Shown here in pieces: positions 1 to 12,626 of a stretch of DNA of 64,000 bases. The position numbers and the translations under genes were made by a program. The stretch's first letter is position 1; each line of letters opens with the position of its first letter. The notes under the pieces were generated by a model that worked only from the letters and a program-made list of their open reading frames with translations, ran no database searches and had not been told where the DNA came from. The stretch spans positions 95,014-159,013 of the forward strand of contig JBNRMV010000001.1 in assembly GCA_050309775.1 (NCBI GenBank). Direction: 5' to 3'. This DNA is from Christensenellales bacterium (lineage in GTDB: Bacteria; Bacillota; Clostridia; Christensenellales; DTU072).

Positions 1-1
1 C

Positions 2-178
2 AATGCCAGTCGCAGAGCAAAGTCCACGCTTTACGAAACGGGTATTTTGACGGCAGACGAAGTTCCCCTCACGGGCAAAGTACTTTCCGCAGCGGCAAAA
101 ACCTATGTGGCGTCCTTTGCGGTATCGCTGCTTTATTTAATACGCTTCATGGGGATATTTTTGCGCAGAAGAAGATAA
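2..178 (+). CDS. 3' end of an unidentified CDS entering from the left edge (hydrophobic/basic C-terminus ...FAVSLLYLIRFMGIFLRRRR)
   Basis: Frame 2 is open from the window edge to TAA at 176-178. No start is visible and the product is not recognisable. Confidence 0.3.
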   Translation, partial: NASRRAKSTLYETGILTADEVPLTGKVLSAAAKTYVASFAVSLLYLIRFMGIFLRRRR

Positions 179-179
179 T

Positions 180-1277
180 TTAATTACAACTACAAACTGA
201 ATAGACGGCAATAGCTTGACTGTTTCCGATTGTGCCCGCATGCTCTGTCGTTGTGGCGCTTATGGACACAGCCGAGCTTTTTATTTTCAGTACTGCGGCA
301 ATGTTCGCCGCCATTTTTGGGATATAAGCCGCAAGTTTTGGTTGTTGCGCCAAAATAACGCTGCTGATATTATTGATTTTTATATTTTTTTGATGCAAAA
401 TATCAGCAACTTTTTCTAAAAGCACAAGGGAGGACATGCCTTCATATTGTGCGTCGTTGTCGGGGAACAGGCAGCCGATATCTCTTTCTCCTGCCGCCGA
501 CAACAAGGCGTCCATAACCGAATGTACCAATACATCGCCGTCCGAATGCGCCGCCAATCCCTTGTGATAGGGAATGACAACGCCGCCCAGCGTCAGCGTC
601 AAGCCATCTTCCAGACGGTGTAAATCGAAACCGTTGCCCACTCTTGCATTTATGCCCAACAAATCGTGGTCAAAAGTAATTTTTTTGTTGCTCTGCTCGC
701 CCTCAATAACATGCGGCGCATAAAGTATTGCGAATACCTGACTGTCGTCCGTGAAAGTCTGCTCCCCAGTTTGCGCATATGCCTGACAAAGTTTTTTGCG
801 GTCAAAGCCCTGCGGAGTTTGCGCCAGGCAAAAATCTTTTCTGTCGGGAAAGCCCGTCAGTATTTCTCCGTCTGTTGAGCGTACGCTGTCGGGCAAGGGG
901 ATTACGGGGATTGCCGAGCCATATTCTTTCGTGTGTTTTATTACGGCTTTGACCAAATCCGAGGACACAAAGGCTCTTGCTCCGTCATGAATAAGCACAA
1001 TGTCAGCGCTAGAAAGCCGCAAGGCATTTTTTACTGATTGCGTGCGTGTGTCGCCGCCCTCTACAAAGGTCAGCCTGCTGTCAAAAGACAACTGCGCTTT
1101 TATGTTTTCGTCGTCCGTGACAACAAAGATTTTGGTAATTTCCGCAATGCGAAGAAAGGTAACCGCCGTTCGGACAATCAACGGAGTGTCGCCCAACTCA
1201 TAAAGCAGCTTGTTGGCGCTCATGCGGCGGCTTTTGCCGGCGGCAACAATTATGGCGTCAACGCTCATTCTCTTCAC
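180..1277 (-). CDS. ispDF: Bifunctional IspD/IspF (MEP cytidylyltransferase / MEcPP synthase)
   Basis: The N-terminus has the IspD motif IIVAAGKSRRM. The C-terminal half has IspF motifs GNGFDLHRL and HSDGDVLVHS in a single 365-aa ORF. Confidence 0.9.
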   Translation of the reverse strand: MKRMSVDAIIVAAGKSRRMSANKLLYELGDTPLIVRTAVTFLRIAEITKIFVVTDDENIKAQLSFDSRLTFVEGGDTRTQSVKNALRLSSADIVLIHDGARAFVSSDLVKAVIKHTKEYGSAIPVIPLPDSVRSTDGEILTGFPDRKDFCLAQTPQGFDRKKLCQAYAQTGEQTFTDDSQVFAILYAPHVIEGEQSNKKITFDHDLLGINARVGNGFDLHRLEDGLTLTLGGVVIPYHKGLAAHSDGDVLVHSVMDALLSAAGERDIGCLFPDNDAQYEGMSSLVLLEKVADILHQKNIKINNISSVILAQQPKLAAYIPKMAANIAAVLKIKSSAVSISATTTEHAGTIGNSQAIAVYSVCSCN

Positions 1278-1518
1278 CTATGAGTTCAAAAAGCTCTGTT
1301 GAAGCGTTTTTTGGTACATTGCCGGTGGGTACGGCAAGCACTTTGAAAGTGTATTGCCTGTCGCCGAAGCGTACGGACACTATGTCGCCGACCTTAACTT
1401 CCTTTGACGGTTTGGCGTCTTTGCCGTTTATGCTGACTCTGTCAGCCGAGCAGGCCTCGTTGGCTACGGAGCGCCTTTTTATTATTCTTGCTACTTTCAG
1501 ATATTTGTCCAATCTCAT
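1258..1518 (-). CDS. Small S4-domain RNA-binding protein (Hsp15/YabO-RqcP-like)
   Basis: 86 aa with an S4-type N-terminus, MRLDKYLKVARIIKRRS...GDIV. It overlaps the ispDF start by 20 nt. Confidence 0.75.
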   Translation of the reverse strand: MRLDKYLKVARIIKRRSVANEACSADRVSINGKDAKPSKEVKVGDIVSVRFGDRQYTFKVLAVPTGNVPKNASTELFELIGEENER

Positions 1519-1665
1519 GAATTCAGTTTACCACAACCTCGACGATTTTTCCACAAAAAAAACCGCACAACCGCCTATTATTGTCGAAAAGTACAACGGT
1601 AATACTTTTTTTTGTTTGGTCAATAATATATTTTAATTATTTTATAGAAAAAAGGTAATTTTCAT

Positions 1666-1694
1666 TTGACTTACTTGACTTAGTGTATTATAAT
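1666..1694 (+). promoter_or_regulatory. Sigma-A-type promoter for rpoB
   Basis: TTGACT (1666-1671), a 17-nt spacer, then TATAAT (1689-1694), about 140 nt upstream of the rpoB ATG. Confidence 0.55.
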
Positions 1695-1830
1695 GCTAAA
1701 ATGTCTACTTATACGATATTTCTCTCCGACCCGATAATGCACAGTTCTCGGGGTAGGGGATTAATGCCGTTAAAAAGGGTAGACACAAACGCAATTTTAT
1801 TTTAGATTATATTTCAAAAGGAGCAAACGC

Positions 1831-4800
1831 ATGTCCCAAAAAATTCACAAGATTAAGTGCGGCAAGACCGAAAGATGGAGTTTCAGCCAAATTAAACCCA
1901 TTCTCGAGATGCCGTACCTTATTGAGGTCCAAAAAAATTCCTATGAGAAGTTCGTAAATGAAGGGATTCGGGAAGTCTTTGACGACTTTTCGCCAATCGC
2001 CGATTACAGCGGCAAAATGGAGCTTGAATTCCTTGAACATTCACTTGAAGGGGACTGTAAGTACTCAGTAAAAGAGTGCAAGGACAGGGATATTACCTTT
2101 ACATCGCCGCTGAAAGTAAAAGTAAGACTGACTATCAAAGAGACCGGCGAGATGAAGGAACAAACTGTTTTCATGGGCGATTTCCCCAGAATGACAGAAA
2201 AGGGTACATTCATTATCAACGGCGCAGAAAGAGTCGTCGTTTCGCAGCTTGTCAGAAGCCCCGGCGTTTACACCAAGGGCGACACCGACAAGAACGGCAT
2301 AATGAGATACGACACCACGGTCATTCCGAACAGAGGCGCATGGCTGGAGTTTGAACAAGACTACAACAATGTTCTGTCCGTCAGAGTTGACAGAAACAGG
2401 AAAATAACGGCTACCATACTTTTGAGAGCGTTGGGATACGGCACCGATGAGGAACTTATCGAGCTTTTCGGCGAGGACGAAATGATAATTGTCACCGCTC
2501 AAAAAGACGGCGAAATAAATTCCTCCGAGGCGGCAAAAATTGAGGTTTACAGAAAACTTAAACCCGGCGAAGTACCCACCGCAAACGGCGTAGATGTTTT
2601 GCTCAGCAACATTTTCTTTGATGCCAGAAGGTATGACCTTTCCAGAGTGGGCAGATACAAGTTCAACAAAAAGCTGTCCATAGCCGAAAGAATAGAAAAG
2701 CAGATTCTGTCCAGAGATGTAGTGCTGGACGGCGAAATTCTTGCCGAAAAAGGCGAGGAAGTCTCCAAAGAAAAAGCCAAAGAAATTCAGGACAGCGGCA
2801 TAAATGTCGTATACATTGTTGCTCCCGAGGACAGGGAATACAAAGTTATCGGCAACAACACCGTTGACCTTGCCAAGTATGTAGACTGCAACCCCAAAGA
2901 ATTGGGTATTCTTGAAAATGTCTATTACCCTGCGCTGAAACCGTTGCTTGAAACCTACGGTGATGACATGGAAGGGCTGAAGGCCGCCATAAGAGAAAAT
3001 GTCGATAATTTGGTGCTGAAACATATCTCGATTGACGACATCGTAGCCTCAGTTTCGTATAACCTAGGCATGAAATACGGCTTTACGCAGGTGGACAACA
3101 TTGACCACCTTTCAAACAGAAGAGTGCGTTCCGTCGGCGAACTTTTGCAGAACCAGTTCAGAATAGGAATAGCCAGACTTGAAAGAGTTGTAAGAGAGAG
3201 AATGAGCATTGCTCAAGAGCCCTCCGAGATTACTCCGCAGTCGCTCATAAATATCAGACCGGTTTCCAGCGCCATAAGAGAGTTCTTTGGCAGCTCCCAA
3301 CTTTCGCAATTTATGGACCAGCCCAACCCGATAGCAGAGCTTACGCACAAAAGAAAGCTGTCGGCCCTTGGACCGGGCGGACTAAACAGAGAGAGAGCCG
3401 GCTTTGAAGTTCGTGACGTTCACCACTCGCATTATGGCAGAATGTGCCCGATTGAAACACCTGAAGGACAAAATATCGGACTTATTACTTCGCTCAGCAC
3501 ATATGCAAAAATAAACGAATACGGCTTCATAGAGGCACCGTACCGTCTTGTCAACAAAAAAACCGGCGTGGTTACCGACAAGGTGGAGTACCTCACAGCC
3601 GACGAAGAAGACAAATATATCATAGCGCAAGCCAACGAGCCGCTTAACGAAGAGGGCAAATTCATAAATGACCGCGTAACCTGCCGTTATCGCGACTTCA
3701 TAAAAGAATACCCTGCGGCAAGCGTTGACTACATGGACGTTGACCCGAAAGAACTTGTTTCGGTAGCCACCAGCTTGATACCTTTCTTAGAGAACGACGA
3801 CGCCAACAGAGCGTTGATGGGCTCCAACATGCAAAGACAGGCAGTGCCTTTGCTTTGCCCCGAAGCGCCGATTATCGGCACGGGCATGGAGCATAAAGTT
3901 GCTTATGACTCCGGAGTTTGCGTAATAGCTAAGAACAGCGGCATCGTAGTAAGAGCCGTTGCCGACGAAATAGTGATTAAGAGCGACGACGGCGAACTGC
4001 AAAGCTATCCGCTGCAAAAATTTGTGCGCTCCAACCAAGGCACTTGCATAAACCAAAAACCCACGGTCCACAAGGGACAAAGGGTGGAAAAAGGCGAAAT
4101 CATAGCCGACGGTCCGTCTATTGACAACGGAGAGCTGGCGCTTGGCAGAAACATTCTCATAGGCTTTATGACCTGGGAAGGTTACAATTATGAGGACGCT
4201 ATCCTAATCAGTGAAGACCTGGTTAAGCACGATGTGTTCACCTCCATTCATATCGAAGAGTACGAACTGGAAGCGCGCGACACAAAACTTGGAGAAGAAC
4301 AAATAACAAGAGATATCCCCAATGTCAGTGAAGACTTGCTGAAGTATCTTGACGAGGACGGCATAGTAATGGTCGGCGCGGAAGTGCGTTCGGGAGATTA
4401 TCTTGTCGGCAAGGTCACCCCGAAAGGCGAAACCGAGTTGACCCCGGAAGAAAGACTGCTTAGGGCTATTTTCGGCGAAAAGGCCAGAGAAGTAAGAGAT
4501 GTCTCCTTGAAAGTACCCCACGGAGAGGGCGGCACGGTTGTCGATGTCAAAGTCTTTACCAGAGAGAACAAAGACGAACTTGAACCGGGCGTCAATAAAC
4601 TTGTCAGAGTATATATTGCCCAGAAGAGAAAGATTTCTGTCGGCGACAAAATGGCCGGTCGACATGGCAACAAGGGCGTTATATCAAGAGTGTTGCCGAG
4701 AGAGGATATGCCTTTCCTTGCGGACGGCACACCCCTTCAGATAGTGCTGAACCCCCTTGGCGTGCCTTCGCGTATGAATATCGGTCAGGTGCTGGAAGTG

Positions 4801-5667
4801 CATCTTGGCTTGGTAGCAAAACTTATCGGCATAAAGATAGCCACACCGGTTTTTGACGGCGCGTCAGAGAACGACATAAAAGAAATGTTTGAGCAAAACA
4901 ACTTGCCACTTGACGGCAAGGTACAACTCTATGACGGCAGAACGGGAGAGCCGTTTGAAAACAAGGTTACCGTCGGATATATGTATATGCTGAAGTTGGT
5001 TCACCTTGTTGACGACAAGATACATGCGCGCAGCGTGGGTCCGTATTCGCTTGTTACCCAACAGCCTTTGGGCGGCAAGGCGCAATTCGGCGGACAGCGC
5101 TTCGGAGAAATGGAAGTTTGGGCATTGTACGCTTACGGCGCCTCAAACATTCTGCAAGAAATCCTCACCGTCAAGTCCGACGATGTCATGGGTAGACAAA
5201 AAGTCTTTGATTCCATCATAAAATCCTCTTTGACGACCGAGCCGGGCATTCCAGAATCCTTTAAGGTGCTGATGAAAGAAATGCAGAGCCTTGGTTTGGA
5301 TATGAGATTGCTCACCGAAAGTCAAGAAGTGATGAAACTGCCTGAAGTCTATGACGACGAGAGAGATTATGAGCCGGCGCACTCCACGAGAGAACCTGAA
5401 AAAGAGATTTCGCTTGACCACCTTGACTTTGGCAATATGTTTGGCAAAGAAAAGGATTCGCTATTCGAGGACGACGACGACCTCATAGTAGAGGGCGGAC
5501 TTTTTGAAGAAACCAGCTTTGCCAGCTTGTTTGACATTGAACCATTGGACGAGCAGAGCAGCGACAGCGTAAAACCCGGCGGATTGGACAGCGCAAACGA
5601 TATCTTCAATTTTGATGATGCCGAAGCAATACTACAAAGCGAATTCGACGATGACGAACAGATATAG
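1831..5667 (+). CDS. rpoB: DNA-directed RNA polymerase beta subunit with an acidic C-terminal extension
   Basis: 1278-aa ORF with canonical beta-subunit blocks ([46 protein letters not shown]). RBS is AAAGGAG. Confidence 0.97.
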   Translation: MSQKIHKIKCGKTERWSFSQIKPILEMPYLIEVQKNSYEKFVNEGIREVFDDFSPIADYSGKMELEFLEHSLEGDCKYSVKECKDRDITFTSPLKVKVRLTIKETGEMKEQTVFMGDFPRMTEKGTFIINGAERVVVSQLVRSPGVYTKGDTDKNGIMRYDTTVIPNRGAWLEFEQDYNNVLSVRVDRNRKITATILLRALGYGTDEELIELFGEDEMIIVTAQKDGEINSSEAAKIEVYRKLKPGEVPTANGVDVLLSNIFFDARRYDLSRVGRYKFNKKLSIAERIEKQILSRDVVLDGEILAEKGEEVSKEKAKEIQDSGINVVYIVAPEDREYKVIGNNTVDLAKYVDCNPKELGILENVYYPALKPLLETYGDDMEGLKAAIRENVDNLVLKHISIDDIVASVSYNLGMKYGFTQVDNIDHLSNRRVRSVGELLQNQFRIGIARLERVVRERMSIAQEPSEITPQSLINIRPVSSAIREFFGSSQLSQFMDQPNPIAELTHKRKLSALGPGGLNRERAGFEVRDVHHSHYGRMCPIETPEGQNIGLITSLSTYAKINEYGFIEAPYRLVNKKTGVVTDKVEYLTADEEDKYIIAQANEPLNEEGKFINDRVTCRYRDFIKEYPAASVDYMDVDPKELVSVATSLIPFLENDDANRALMGSNMQRQAVPLLCPEAPIIGTGMEHKVAYDSGVCVIAKNSGIVVRAVADEIVIKSDDGELQSYPLQKFVRSNQGTCINQKPTVHKGQRVEKGEIIADGPSIDNGELALGRNILIGFMTWEGYNYEDAILISEDLVKHDVFTSIHIEEYELEARDTKLGEEQITRDIPNVSEDLLKYLDEDGIVMVGAEVRSGDYLVGKVTPKGETELTPEERLLRAIFGEKAREVRDVSLKVPHGEGGTVVDVKVFTRENKDELEPGVNKLVRVYIAQKRKISVGDKMAGRHGNKGVISRVLPREDMPFLADGTPLQIVLNPLGVPSRMNIGQVLEVHLGLVAKLIGIKIATPVFDGASENDIKEMFEQNNLPLDGKVQLYDGRTGEPFENKVTVGYMYMLKLVHLVDDKIHARSVGPYSLVTQQPLGGKAQFGGQRFGEMEVWALYAYGASNILQEILTVKSDDVMGRQKVFDSIIKSSLTTEPGIPESFKVLMKEMQSLGLDMRLLTESQEVMKLPEVYDDERDYEPAHSTREPEKEISLDHLDFGNMFGKEKDSLFEDDDDLIVEGGLFEETSFASLFDIEPLDEQSSDSVKPGGLDSANDIFNFDDAEAILQSEFDDDEQI

Positions 5668-5676
5668 AGGTGACAG

Positions 5677-8600
5677 ATGATAGAAAATAATAATTTTGAA
5701 TCAATACAAATAGGTATTGCGTCTCCCGAAAAAATTAGGGAGTGGTCACACGGGGAAGTAACGAAGCCCGAAACCATAAATTACAGAACACAAAAACCCG
5801 AAAGAGACGGACTTTTCTGTGAAAAAATATTTGGGCCGACACGGGACTATGAATGCCATTGCGGCAAATACAAAAGAATACGGTACAGAGGCGTCATCTG
5901 CGATAAATGCGGCGTCGAAGTAACAAAAGCAAAGGTCAGAAGAGAGCGTATGGGACACATAGAGCTTGCTGCGCCTGTATCGCATATCTGGTATTTCCGC
6001 GGAGTGCCGTCAAGAATAAGCACTATTTTGAACATGAGCCCCAAGCATGTGGAGCAGGTCATATATTTTGCATCTTTTGTCATCATCGACCCCAAAGAAA
6101 CCGAGTTCTACGCAAAGCAAGTAATCAGAGATGAGGAGTACCGCGAGGCAGTAGAAAAATACGGTGCCGACGGTTTTGTGGCAGGCATGGGCGCAGAGGC
6201 GCTTAAAAGATTGCTGCGCGACATAGACCTTGACGCCGAAGCCGAAGAAATGAAAGAAGTCATAGCCACTTCACAAAGTCTGAAAAGGGCAAGAGCCGCC
6301 AAAAGACTGGAGATTATCGAGGCTTTCAGAAAGAGCGGCAACAAACCTGAATGGATGATTATGGATGTCATTCCCGTGCTTCCTCCAGAGTTGCGCCCGA
6401 TGGTGCAGCTTGACGGCGGCAGATTCGCCACCAGCGACCTGAATGACCTTTATAGAAGAGTTATCAACAGAAACAACAGACTTAAGAAGATGATAGAATC
6501 GGGCGCTCCCGACATCGTCATTCGCAACGAGAAAAGAATGTTGCAAGAAGCCGTTGACGCACTTATTGACAACGGCAGACACGGCAAAGCCGTCACCGGT
6601 CCGGGAAACAGAAATCTGAAGTCATTGTCAGATATGCTCAGAGGCAAACAAGGCCGCTTCAGACAAAACCTGCTTGGAAAGCGTGTTGACTATTCCGGCC
6701 GTTCAGTTATCGTTGTCGGACCCGAATTAAAAATTTATCAATGCGGACTGCCGAAAGAAATGGCGCTGGAATTGTTCAAACCGTTTGTATTCAGAAAACT
6801 TGTAGATTTGGGCATTTCTCACAACATAAAGAGCGCAAAGAGAACGGTAGAAAGACAAAAACCGCAGGTTTGGGATATTCTTGAAGAAGTCATAAAAGAC
6901 CACCCGGTGTTGCTCAATAGAGCGCCGACGCTGCACAGACTGGGCATACAGGCTTTTGAGCCGGTGTTGGTTGAGGGTCGCGCCATAAAATTGCATCCGT
7001 TGGTTTGCCCGGCATTTAACGCTGACTTTGACGGCGACCAAATGGCGGTGCATGTACCTCTTTCCATTGAGGCGCAGACCGAGGCAAGAATTCTGATGCT
7101 GGCCAGCAACAACATTTTGCGGCTTTCAGACGGCAAACCCATTGTCAGCCCGACTCAGGATATGATTATCGGCGCCTATTATCTGACGCAGGACAAACCC
7201 GGCGCAAAGGGCGAGGGCAGATGGTTTATGAACGCCGACGAAGCAAAAATGGCTTATCAGGTCGGAGACATAGAGCTTCAAGCAAAAATAAAAGTAAGAG
7301 TGCGCAAAGAAATTGACGGCAAGATGTACCAAAAAATACTGGAAACCACCGTCGGCAAGATTATTTTCAACGAGGCGATTCCGCAGGATTTGGGGCTGAC
7401 TCCGAGGAATACCCCCGAAGAAATGTTGGATTATGAAGTAGACTATTTGGTCAGCAAAAAGCAGCTGTCACAGATTGTAGAAAACTGCTTCAAATTGAAA
7501 GGCGCAACAGAAGTAAGCAAGGTGCTTGACAGAATAAAAGAGTTGGGCTTCAAATATTCGACTATCGGAGCTATTACGACCAGCATATTTGACATGCAGA
7601 TTCCCGGCTCCAAGAAAGAAATCCTCAAAAAGGCCGAAGAAGATGTCATTCGCATAGAAAAGAACTTTAAGAGAGGTCTTATAACCGAGGAAGAGAGATA
7701 TGCCGAGGTTGTGGATATCTGGAAAAAGGCAACCGACGATGTTGAAAGAGACCTTGAGGCAAACTTTAAGAATTTCGACAAAATGAACCCCATATGGATG
7801 ATGGCGCACTCCGGCGCGCGCGGAAGCATGCAACAAATAAAACAGCTTTCCGGTATGCGCGGACTGATGAATGACCCTACAGGAAAGGTTATCGAAATTC
7901 CCGTTAAATCTTCCTTCCGCGAAGGGCTGTCGGTTTTGGAATACTTCATATCTTCCCACGGCGCCAGAAAAGGCGGAGCCGATACGGCGCTCAAGACGGC
8001 TGACTCAGGCTATCTGACCAGAAGACTTGTCGATGTGGCGCAGGATGTCATTGTCAGAGAAGAAGATTGCGGAGACAAGAAAGGCTTTGTCATAAAGAAT
8101 CTGTACGACATAAACGGCAGACTTGTCGAAGACATAAAAGAAAGAATTATTGGCAGGTTTACCATAGACGCTATCATTAACCCCAAGACAAAAGAGGTTA
8201 TTGTAGAGGCGGATTCTTTGATTACCGAGGACCAGGCCAATGCCATTCAAAAGGCCGGCATAGAAGAAATAAGAATTAGGAATGTGCTTTCCTGCAAAAC
8301 TAAGGTTGGTATCTGCTCCAAGTGTTACGGCGCCAATATGTCCTCCAGCAATATCGTCAAACTTGGCGAGGCTGTGGGCATCATAGCCGCTCAATCCATC
8401 GGCGAGCCTGGCACGCAGTTGACCATGAGAACTTTCCATACAGGCGGCGTTGCATCAGTAGCCGACATTACGCAAGGTCTTCCCAGAGTTGTAGAACTTT
8501 TTGAAGCCAGAAACCCCAAGGGCGAAGCAACGGTTGCCGACATAAAAGGCGAGGTCAGCATAAGAGAGGAAAAAGGACAAAGAATAGTTACCGTCCAAAA

Positions 8601-9258
8601 CAAAGACAACCAGTTTGAATACAAAATTCCTTTCGGCGTCAAACTTACCGTCAAGGACGGCGACATAATCGAGGCAGGTGAACAGTTGTTTGCAGGCTCT
8701 GTCAATCCGCAGGATATATTGAGAACAAAAGGCTATATCGGCGTGCAGGAATTGATGATAAGAGAAGTGCAGTCGGCATACCGCTCAAACGGCGTTCACA
8801 TCAACGACAAGCATATTGAAGTTATCGTGCGCCAGATGTTGCGCAATGTAAGAGTCAACAACCCCAATGACACCGACTTGCTTATGAATGAACTTATTGA
8901 CAGAAACAGACTGGACGAAGCAAACGAAAAGGTGCTGGAACAAGGCGGAATGCCGGCGACTGCCACCCGTGTGCTGTTGGGCATAACCAAAGCGTCTTTG
9001 GCTACCGAGTCTTTCCTTTCTGCGGCATCTTTCCAAGAGACGGCAAGAGTGCTTACAGATGCAGCCATAAAAAGCAAGGTAGACAAATTGACGGGACTGA
9101 AAGAAAATGTCATCATAGGCAAACTCATTCCGGCAGGTACGGGCATGAAACAATACAGAAATGTTTCGCTTGAATTCACCGGCGAGAGAACACCGCCGAG
9201 AGAAACTATGCTGGCTCATGAAGAAATAGACTATGACAAGGTGGCAGAGTTAGAATAG
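5677..9258 (+). CDS. rpoC: DNA-directed RNA polymerase beta' subunit
   Basis: Zinc-ribbon CHCGKYK...CDKCGVEV, catalytic [12 protein letters not shown] and trigger-loop blocks. It starts 10 nt after the rpoB stop. Confidence 0.97.
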   Translation: MIENNNFESIQIGIASPEKIREWSHGEVTKPETINYRTQKPERDGLFCEKIFGPTRDYECHCGKYKRIRYRGVICDKCGVEVTKAKVRRERMGHIELAAPVSHIWYFRGVPSRISTILNMSPKHVEQVIYFASFVIIDPKETEFYAKQVIRDEEYREAVEKYGADGFVAGMGAEALKRLLRDIDLDAEAEEMKEVIATSQSLKRARAAKRLEIIEAFRKSGNKPEWMIMDVIPVLPPELRPMVQLDGGRFATSDLNDLYRRVINRNNRLKKMIESGAPDIVIRNEKRMLQEAVDALIDNGRHGKAVTGPGNRNLKSLSDMLRGKQGRFRQNLLGKRVDYSGRSVIVVGPELKIYQCGLPKEMALELFKPFVFRKLVDLGISHNIKSAKRTVERQKPQVWDILEEVIKDHPVLLNRAPTLHRLGIQAFEPVLVEGRAIKLHPLVCPAFNADFDGDQMAVHVPLSIEAQTEARILMLASNNILRLSDGKPIVSPTQDMIIGAYYLTQDKPGAKGEGRWFMNADEAKMAYQVGDIELQAKIKVRVRKEIDGKMYQKILETTVGKIIFNEAIPQDLGLTPRNTPEEMLDYEVDYLVSKKQLSQIVENCFKLKGATEVSKVLDRIKELGFKYSTIGAITTSIFDMQIPGSKKEILKKAEEDVIRIEKNFKRGLITEEERYAEVVDIWKKATDDVERDLEANFKNFDKMNPIWMMAHSGARGSMQQIKQLSGMRGLMNDPTGKVIEIPVKSSFREGLSVLEYFISSHGARKGGADTALKTADSGYLTRRLVDVAQDVIVREEDCGDKKGFVIKNLYDINGRLVEDIKERIIGRFTIDAIINPKTKEVIVEADSLITEDQANAIQKAGIEEIRIRNVLSCKTKVGICSKCYGANMSSSNIVKLGEAVGIIAAQSIGEPGTQLTMRTFHTGGVASVADITQGLPRVVELFEARNPKGEATVADIKGEVSIREEKGQRIVTVQNKDNQFEYKIPFGVKLTVKDGDIIEAGEQLFAGSVNPQDILRTKGYIGVQELMIREVQSAYRSNGVHINDKHIEVIVRQMLRNVRVNNPNDTDLLMNELIDRNRLDEANEKVLEQGGMPATATRVLLGITKASLATESFLSAASFQETARVLTDAAIKSKVDKLTGLKENVIIGKLIPAGTGMKQYRNVSLEFTGERTPPRETMLAHEEIDYDKVAELE

Positions 9259-9270
9259 AAGGAGAAACTG

Positions 9271-10443
9271 ATGAAGAGGCTTTTTACTTCAGAAAGCGTT
9301 ACTGAAGGGCATCCGGACAAGATATGCGACCAAATCAGCGACGCTATTCTGGACGCAATACTTGAACAAGACAGCAGCGCCCGTGTTGCATGCGAAACTT
9401 GCACAACCACAGGGCTTGTGCTTGTAATGGGCGAAATCTCAACAAAGGCTTATGTGGATATTGCCGGTATAGCCAGAGAAACCATAAAAAAGATTGGCTA
9501 CGATTCTTCAGACCTAGGGTTTGATTATAACACTTGCTCCGTGCTTACCGCCATAAACGAGCAGTCGCCAGACATCGCTCAGGGCGTAAATGCCAGTTTA
9601 GAATGCAGCACTTCTTGCGCAGACAGGCTTGACAGCGTCGGCGCCGGAGACCAAGGAATGATGTTCGGCTATGCCACAGACGAGACGGAAGAGTATATGC
9701 CGCTTGCGCTGATGCTTTCGCACAAACTTTGCATGAGACTTGCGGAGGTGCGCAAACTTGGACTAGTCGACTATTTGCGCCCTGACGGCAAGGCGCAGGT
9801 AACTGTGGAATACCAAGCAGGCGTTCCCAAGAGAATTGAAGCTGTTGTGTTGTCAACACAGCATAGCGAAAGCATAGACATATCTAAGTTGCGTCAAGAA
9901 ATGACAGAACTTGTGGTAAAACAGGTTATATCGCCGGATATGATGGATAATGACACCAAAATATATATCAACCCCACCGGCAGGTTCGTAAAAGGCGGAC
10001 CAAATGCCGACAGCGGTTTGACCGGTCGCAAAATCATCGTAGACACCTACGGCGGTTATGCGCCCCACGGCGGCGGCGCTTTCTCAGGCAAGGACCCCAC
10101 GAAAGTAGACCGCAGCGCATCATACTATGCAAGATATGTGGCAAAAAATATCGTTGCCGCAGGTCTGGCAAAACGGTGCGAAATCTGTGTGGCTTATGCC
10201 ATAGGCAAAGCCAATCCGGTCTCTATCGACATAAATACTTTTGGCACGGCGACAGTTGATGAAGCAGAATTATTGACTGCCGTTAAGAAAGTTTTTGACT
10301 TTCGTCCTCAGGCTATTATCGAAAATCTTGAACTCAGAAGGCCGCAGTACCTTGCAGCGGCAACATATGGGCATTTCGGCAGGAGCGAATTCAGCTGGGA
10401 AAAAACTGACAAGACCGAAGAGCTTCGGGACTGTCTGTCATAA
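9271..10443 (+). CDS. metK: S-adenosylmethionine synthetase
   Basis: [32 protein letters not shown] and [16 protein letters not shown] motifs. It lies 12 nt after rpoC with an AAGGAG RBS. Confidence 0.95.
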   Translation: MKRLFTSESVTEGHPDKICDQISDAILDAILEQDSSARVACETCTTTGLVLVMGEISTKAYVDIAGIARETIKKIGYDSSDLGFDYNTCSVLTAINEQSPDIAQGVNASLECSTSCADRLDSVGAGDQGMMFGYATDETEEYMPLALMLSHKLCMRLAEVRKLGLVDYLRPDGKAQVTVEYQAGVPKRIEAVVLSTQHSESIDISKLRQEMTELVVKQVISPDMMDNDTKIYINPTGRFVKGGPNADSGLTGRKIIVDTYGGYAPHGGGAFSGKDPTKVDRSASYYARYVAKNIVAAGLAKRCEICVAYAIGKANPVSIDINTFGTATVDEAELLTAVKKVFDFRPQAIIENLELRRPQYLAAATYGHFGRSEFSWEKTDKTEELRDCLS

Positions 10444-12626
10444 TGGTTATTCAAGGGACCGTAGAAGAGATTATTTTCAGAAATGAAGAAAACGGTTATA
10501 CCGTCATGAATTTTGATGCCGATGGCGCGCTGATAGTTGCTGTCGGCATTTTTCCGTTCATAAACGAGGGCGAACGCCTTGAACTGACGGGAGAGAACAA
10601 GTTTAACACAAAGTTTGGCGAACAATTTGTAGTATCGAATGTTGAATTCTTGAAACCGAACGACACAGAAAGCATAAAAAGATATTTGGCGAGCGGACTT
10701 TTCCGCGGCGTTGGCGAAATAACCGCCGACGCCATTGTCAGGAAGTTCGGTAACAAAACGCTGGATATAATAGAAACGCATCCGCACTTGCTGACAACGG
10801 TCAGCGGCATTGGCGCCATAAAGGCGGAAGAAATCTCAAAATGTTATATCGAAAACAGCCGCATAAAAGAAACGGTACTGTTTTTGCAAAACTACGGTAT
10901 TACGACGGCAATGGCGCTCAAGATATACAAGCAGTACGAGCAGGACACTATTATTGTAGTAAAAAGCAACCCGTACAAACTGGTAGAAGATATTGAGGGC
11001 ATAGGTTTTCTTACGGCAGACAGGCTGGGCGCAAAACTTGGAATTGACCGCGACAGCAAATTCCGATTGCAGGCAGCTATTCATTATACTTTGCAGGAAG
11101 CGTCGGGCAAAAACGGGCATACTTATCTTCCAAAGGATTTATTGATAGATGAAGTATTGCGGCTGACCGAGACATTTGACAAACAGCGTATTTGCCAAGT
11201 ACTGGAGGAGCCGCAGAACGGTTTGCGAGAGGTGGAGATTGACGGAGAAGTCGGCTATTGCCTTTCGCTGAACTACCATACCGAGAACGGCATTGCCGCC
11301 AAGTTGGTGATGCTGAAAAATGCCGAAAGTATGGATTTGGATTTGGACGAGGAGTTGCGCAATTATGAACAAACAAATGATATAGTTTTGGATGTTCAGC
11401 AGCGCTTAGCGATAAAAAGCGCCATAAATGAGGGCGTTGTCATCATAACCGGCGGACCCGGCACAGGCAAAACGACAATCATAAAATGCATAACGACGAT
11501 TATGGGGCAGAGGGGTTTTCGCGTGGCGCTGTCGGCGCCGACCGGCAGAGCGGCAAAGCGCATGAGCGAAGCAACGGGCGAGGACGCAAAGACATTGCAT
11601 AGGCTGCTGGGCATAAACAGCCGTCAGTTTGATACAAACGAGCTTTCAGAGCTGGAATATGATGTTGTCATTATCGACGAAATCAGCATGGCTGACATAT
11701 ATATCTTTAATGCGCTGATGAAAGCCATGCCGCATGGAGCCCGTCTTGTGCTTGTGGGCGACAAAGACCAGCTGCCGTCGGTAGCTTGCGGCAATATTTT
11801 GTCGGATATGATATGCAGCGGACTTTTTTGTACGGTTTATTTGGAGGAGATTTATCGTCAGGCAAAGGAAAGTATGATAGTCGTAAATGCCCACAGAATA
11901 AACAACTCAAAAATGCCGATAACCAAGAATTCCAAGGACTTTTTCATAGACAACAAGAGCCACCCCATGGACATAAGAGACAGCGTAATATCTATGGTCA
12001 GTCAGCGCATTCCGAACTTTCTTGATATCAATCCCAGAGATATCCAAGTGCTGGCGCCCATGAAAAAAGGCATTGCCGGAGTCGAGGCCTTGAATGACAG
12101 TTTACAGCAGGCGCTAAATCCTCAAGGCAAACAAATCGTTTATAAAAACCGCATTTTCAGGGTTGGCGACAAGGTCATGCAGACCATAAACAATTATACA
12201 ATTGAGTGGATGAAGAATGACATCTTCCACGAAAGCGGAACAGGCGTCTTTAACGGCGATATAGGATATATAATTGACATTTACAACGGCGAACTGCTTG
12301 TGGAGTTTGAGGACGGCAAGCTGGTGAGGTATCAGGAGAGCGGACTGGACGAGCTTATGACGGCATACTGTATCAGCGTGCATAAGTCGCAGGGGTCTGA
12401 GTTCCCCGTGGTAATCATAGCCGTCACGAGCGGCAGCTATGCAATACTGACAAAAAATCTTCTTTATACCGCAGTAACGCGCGCCAAAAGAATGGCAGTT
12501 ATTGTAGGAGATGAGCAAAATATTGAAAAAATGGTAAAAAACACTTATATTACACGGCGGTTTTCAATGCTTAAGCATTTTCTGGAAAAAAATCAATCAA
12601 AAGTGCGTATGCTTTGGGGAATATGA
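10443..12626 (+). CDS. recD2: RecD2-type SF1B ATP-dependent DNA helicase
   Basis: N-terminal OB/HhH region, Walker A GGPGTGKTT, VIIDEISM, and C-terminal SVHKSQGSEF...LLYTAVTRAK. Its ATG overlaps the metK stop (TAATG). Confidence 0.85.
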   Translation: MVIQGTVEEIIFRNEENGYTVMNFDADGALIVAVGIFPFINEGERLELTGENKFNTKFGEQFVVSNVEFLKPNDTESIKRYLASGLFRGVGEITADAIVRKFGNKTLDIIETHPHLLTTVSGIGAIKAEEISKCYIENSRIKETVLFLQNYGITTAMALKIYKQYEQDTIIVVKSNPYKLVEDIEGIGFLTADRLGAKLGIDRDSKFRLQAAIHYTLQEASGKNGHTYLPKDLLIDEVLRLTETFDKQRICQVLEEPQNGLREVEIDGEVGYCLSLNYHTENGIAAKLVMLKNAESMDLDLDEELRNYEQTNDIVLDVQQRLAIKSAINEGVVIITGGPGTGKTTIIKCITTIMGQRGFRVALSAPTGRAAKRMSEATGEDAKTLHRLLGINSRQFDTNELSELEYDVVIIDEISMADIYIFNALMKAMPHGARLVLVGDKDQLPSVACGNILSDMICSGLFCTVYLEEIYRQAKESMIVVNAHRINNSKMPITKNSKDFFIDNKSHPMDIRDSVISMVSQRIPNFLDINPRDIQVLAPMKKGIAGVEALNDSLQQALNPQGKQIVYKNRIFRVGDKVMQTINNYTIEWMKNDIFHESGTGVFNGDIGYIIDIYNGELLVEFEDGKLVRYQESGLDELMTAYCISVHKSQGSEFPVVIIAVTSGSYAILTKNLLYTAVTRAKRMAVIVGDEQNIEKMVKNTYITRRFSMLKHFLEKNQSKVRMLWGI

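Noticed and set aside
2065-3024. Long antisense ORFs inside well-supported genes. Examples: 2065-3024 in rpoB, 17506-18231 in fusA, 19735-20367 in tuf, 46207-46833 in the DUF2207 gene, 50451-51086 in uxuA, 28253-28846, 31417-31998, 32362-32937 and 34245-34817.
   Set aside because: They lie opposite genes with unmistakable conserved motifs, have no RBS or promoter signals, and their translations are low-complexity. They are typical shadow ORFs.
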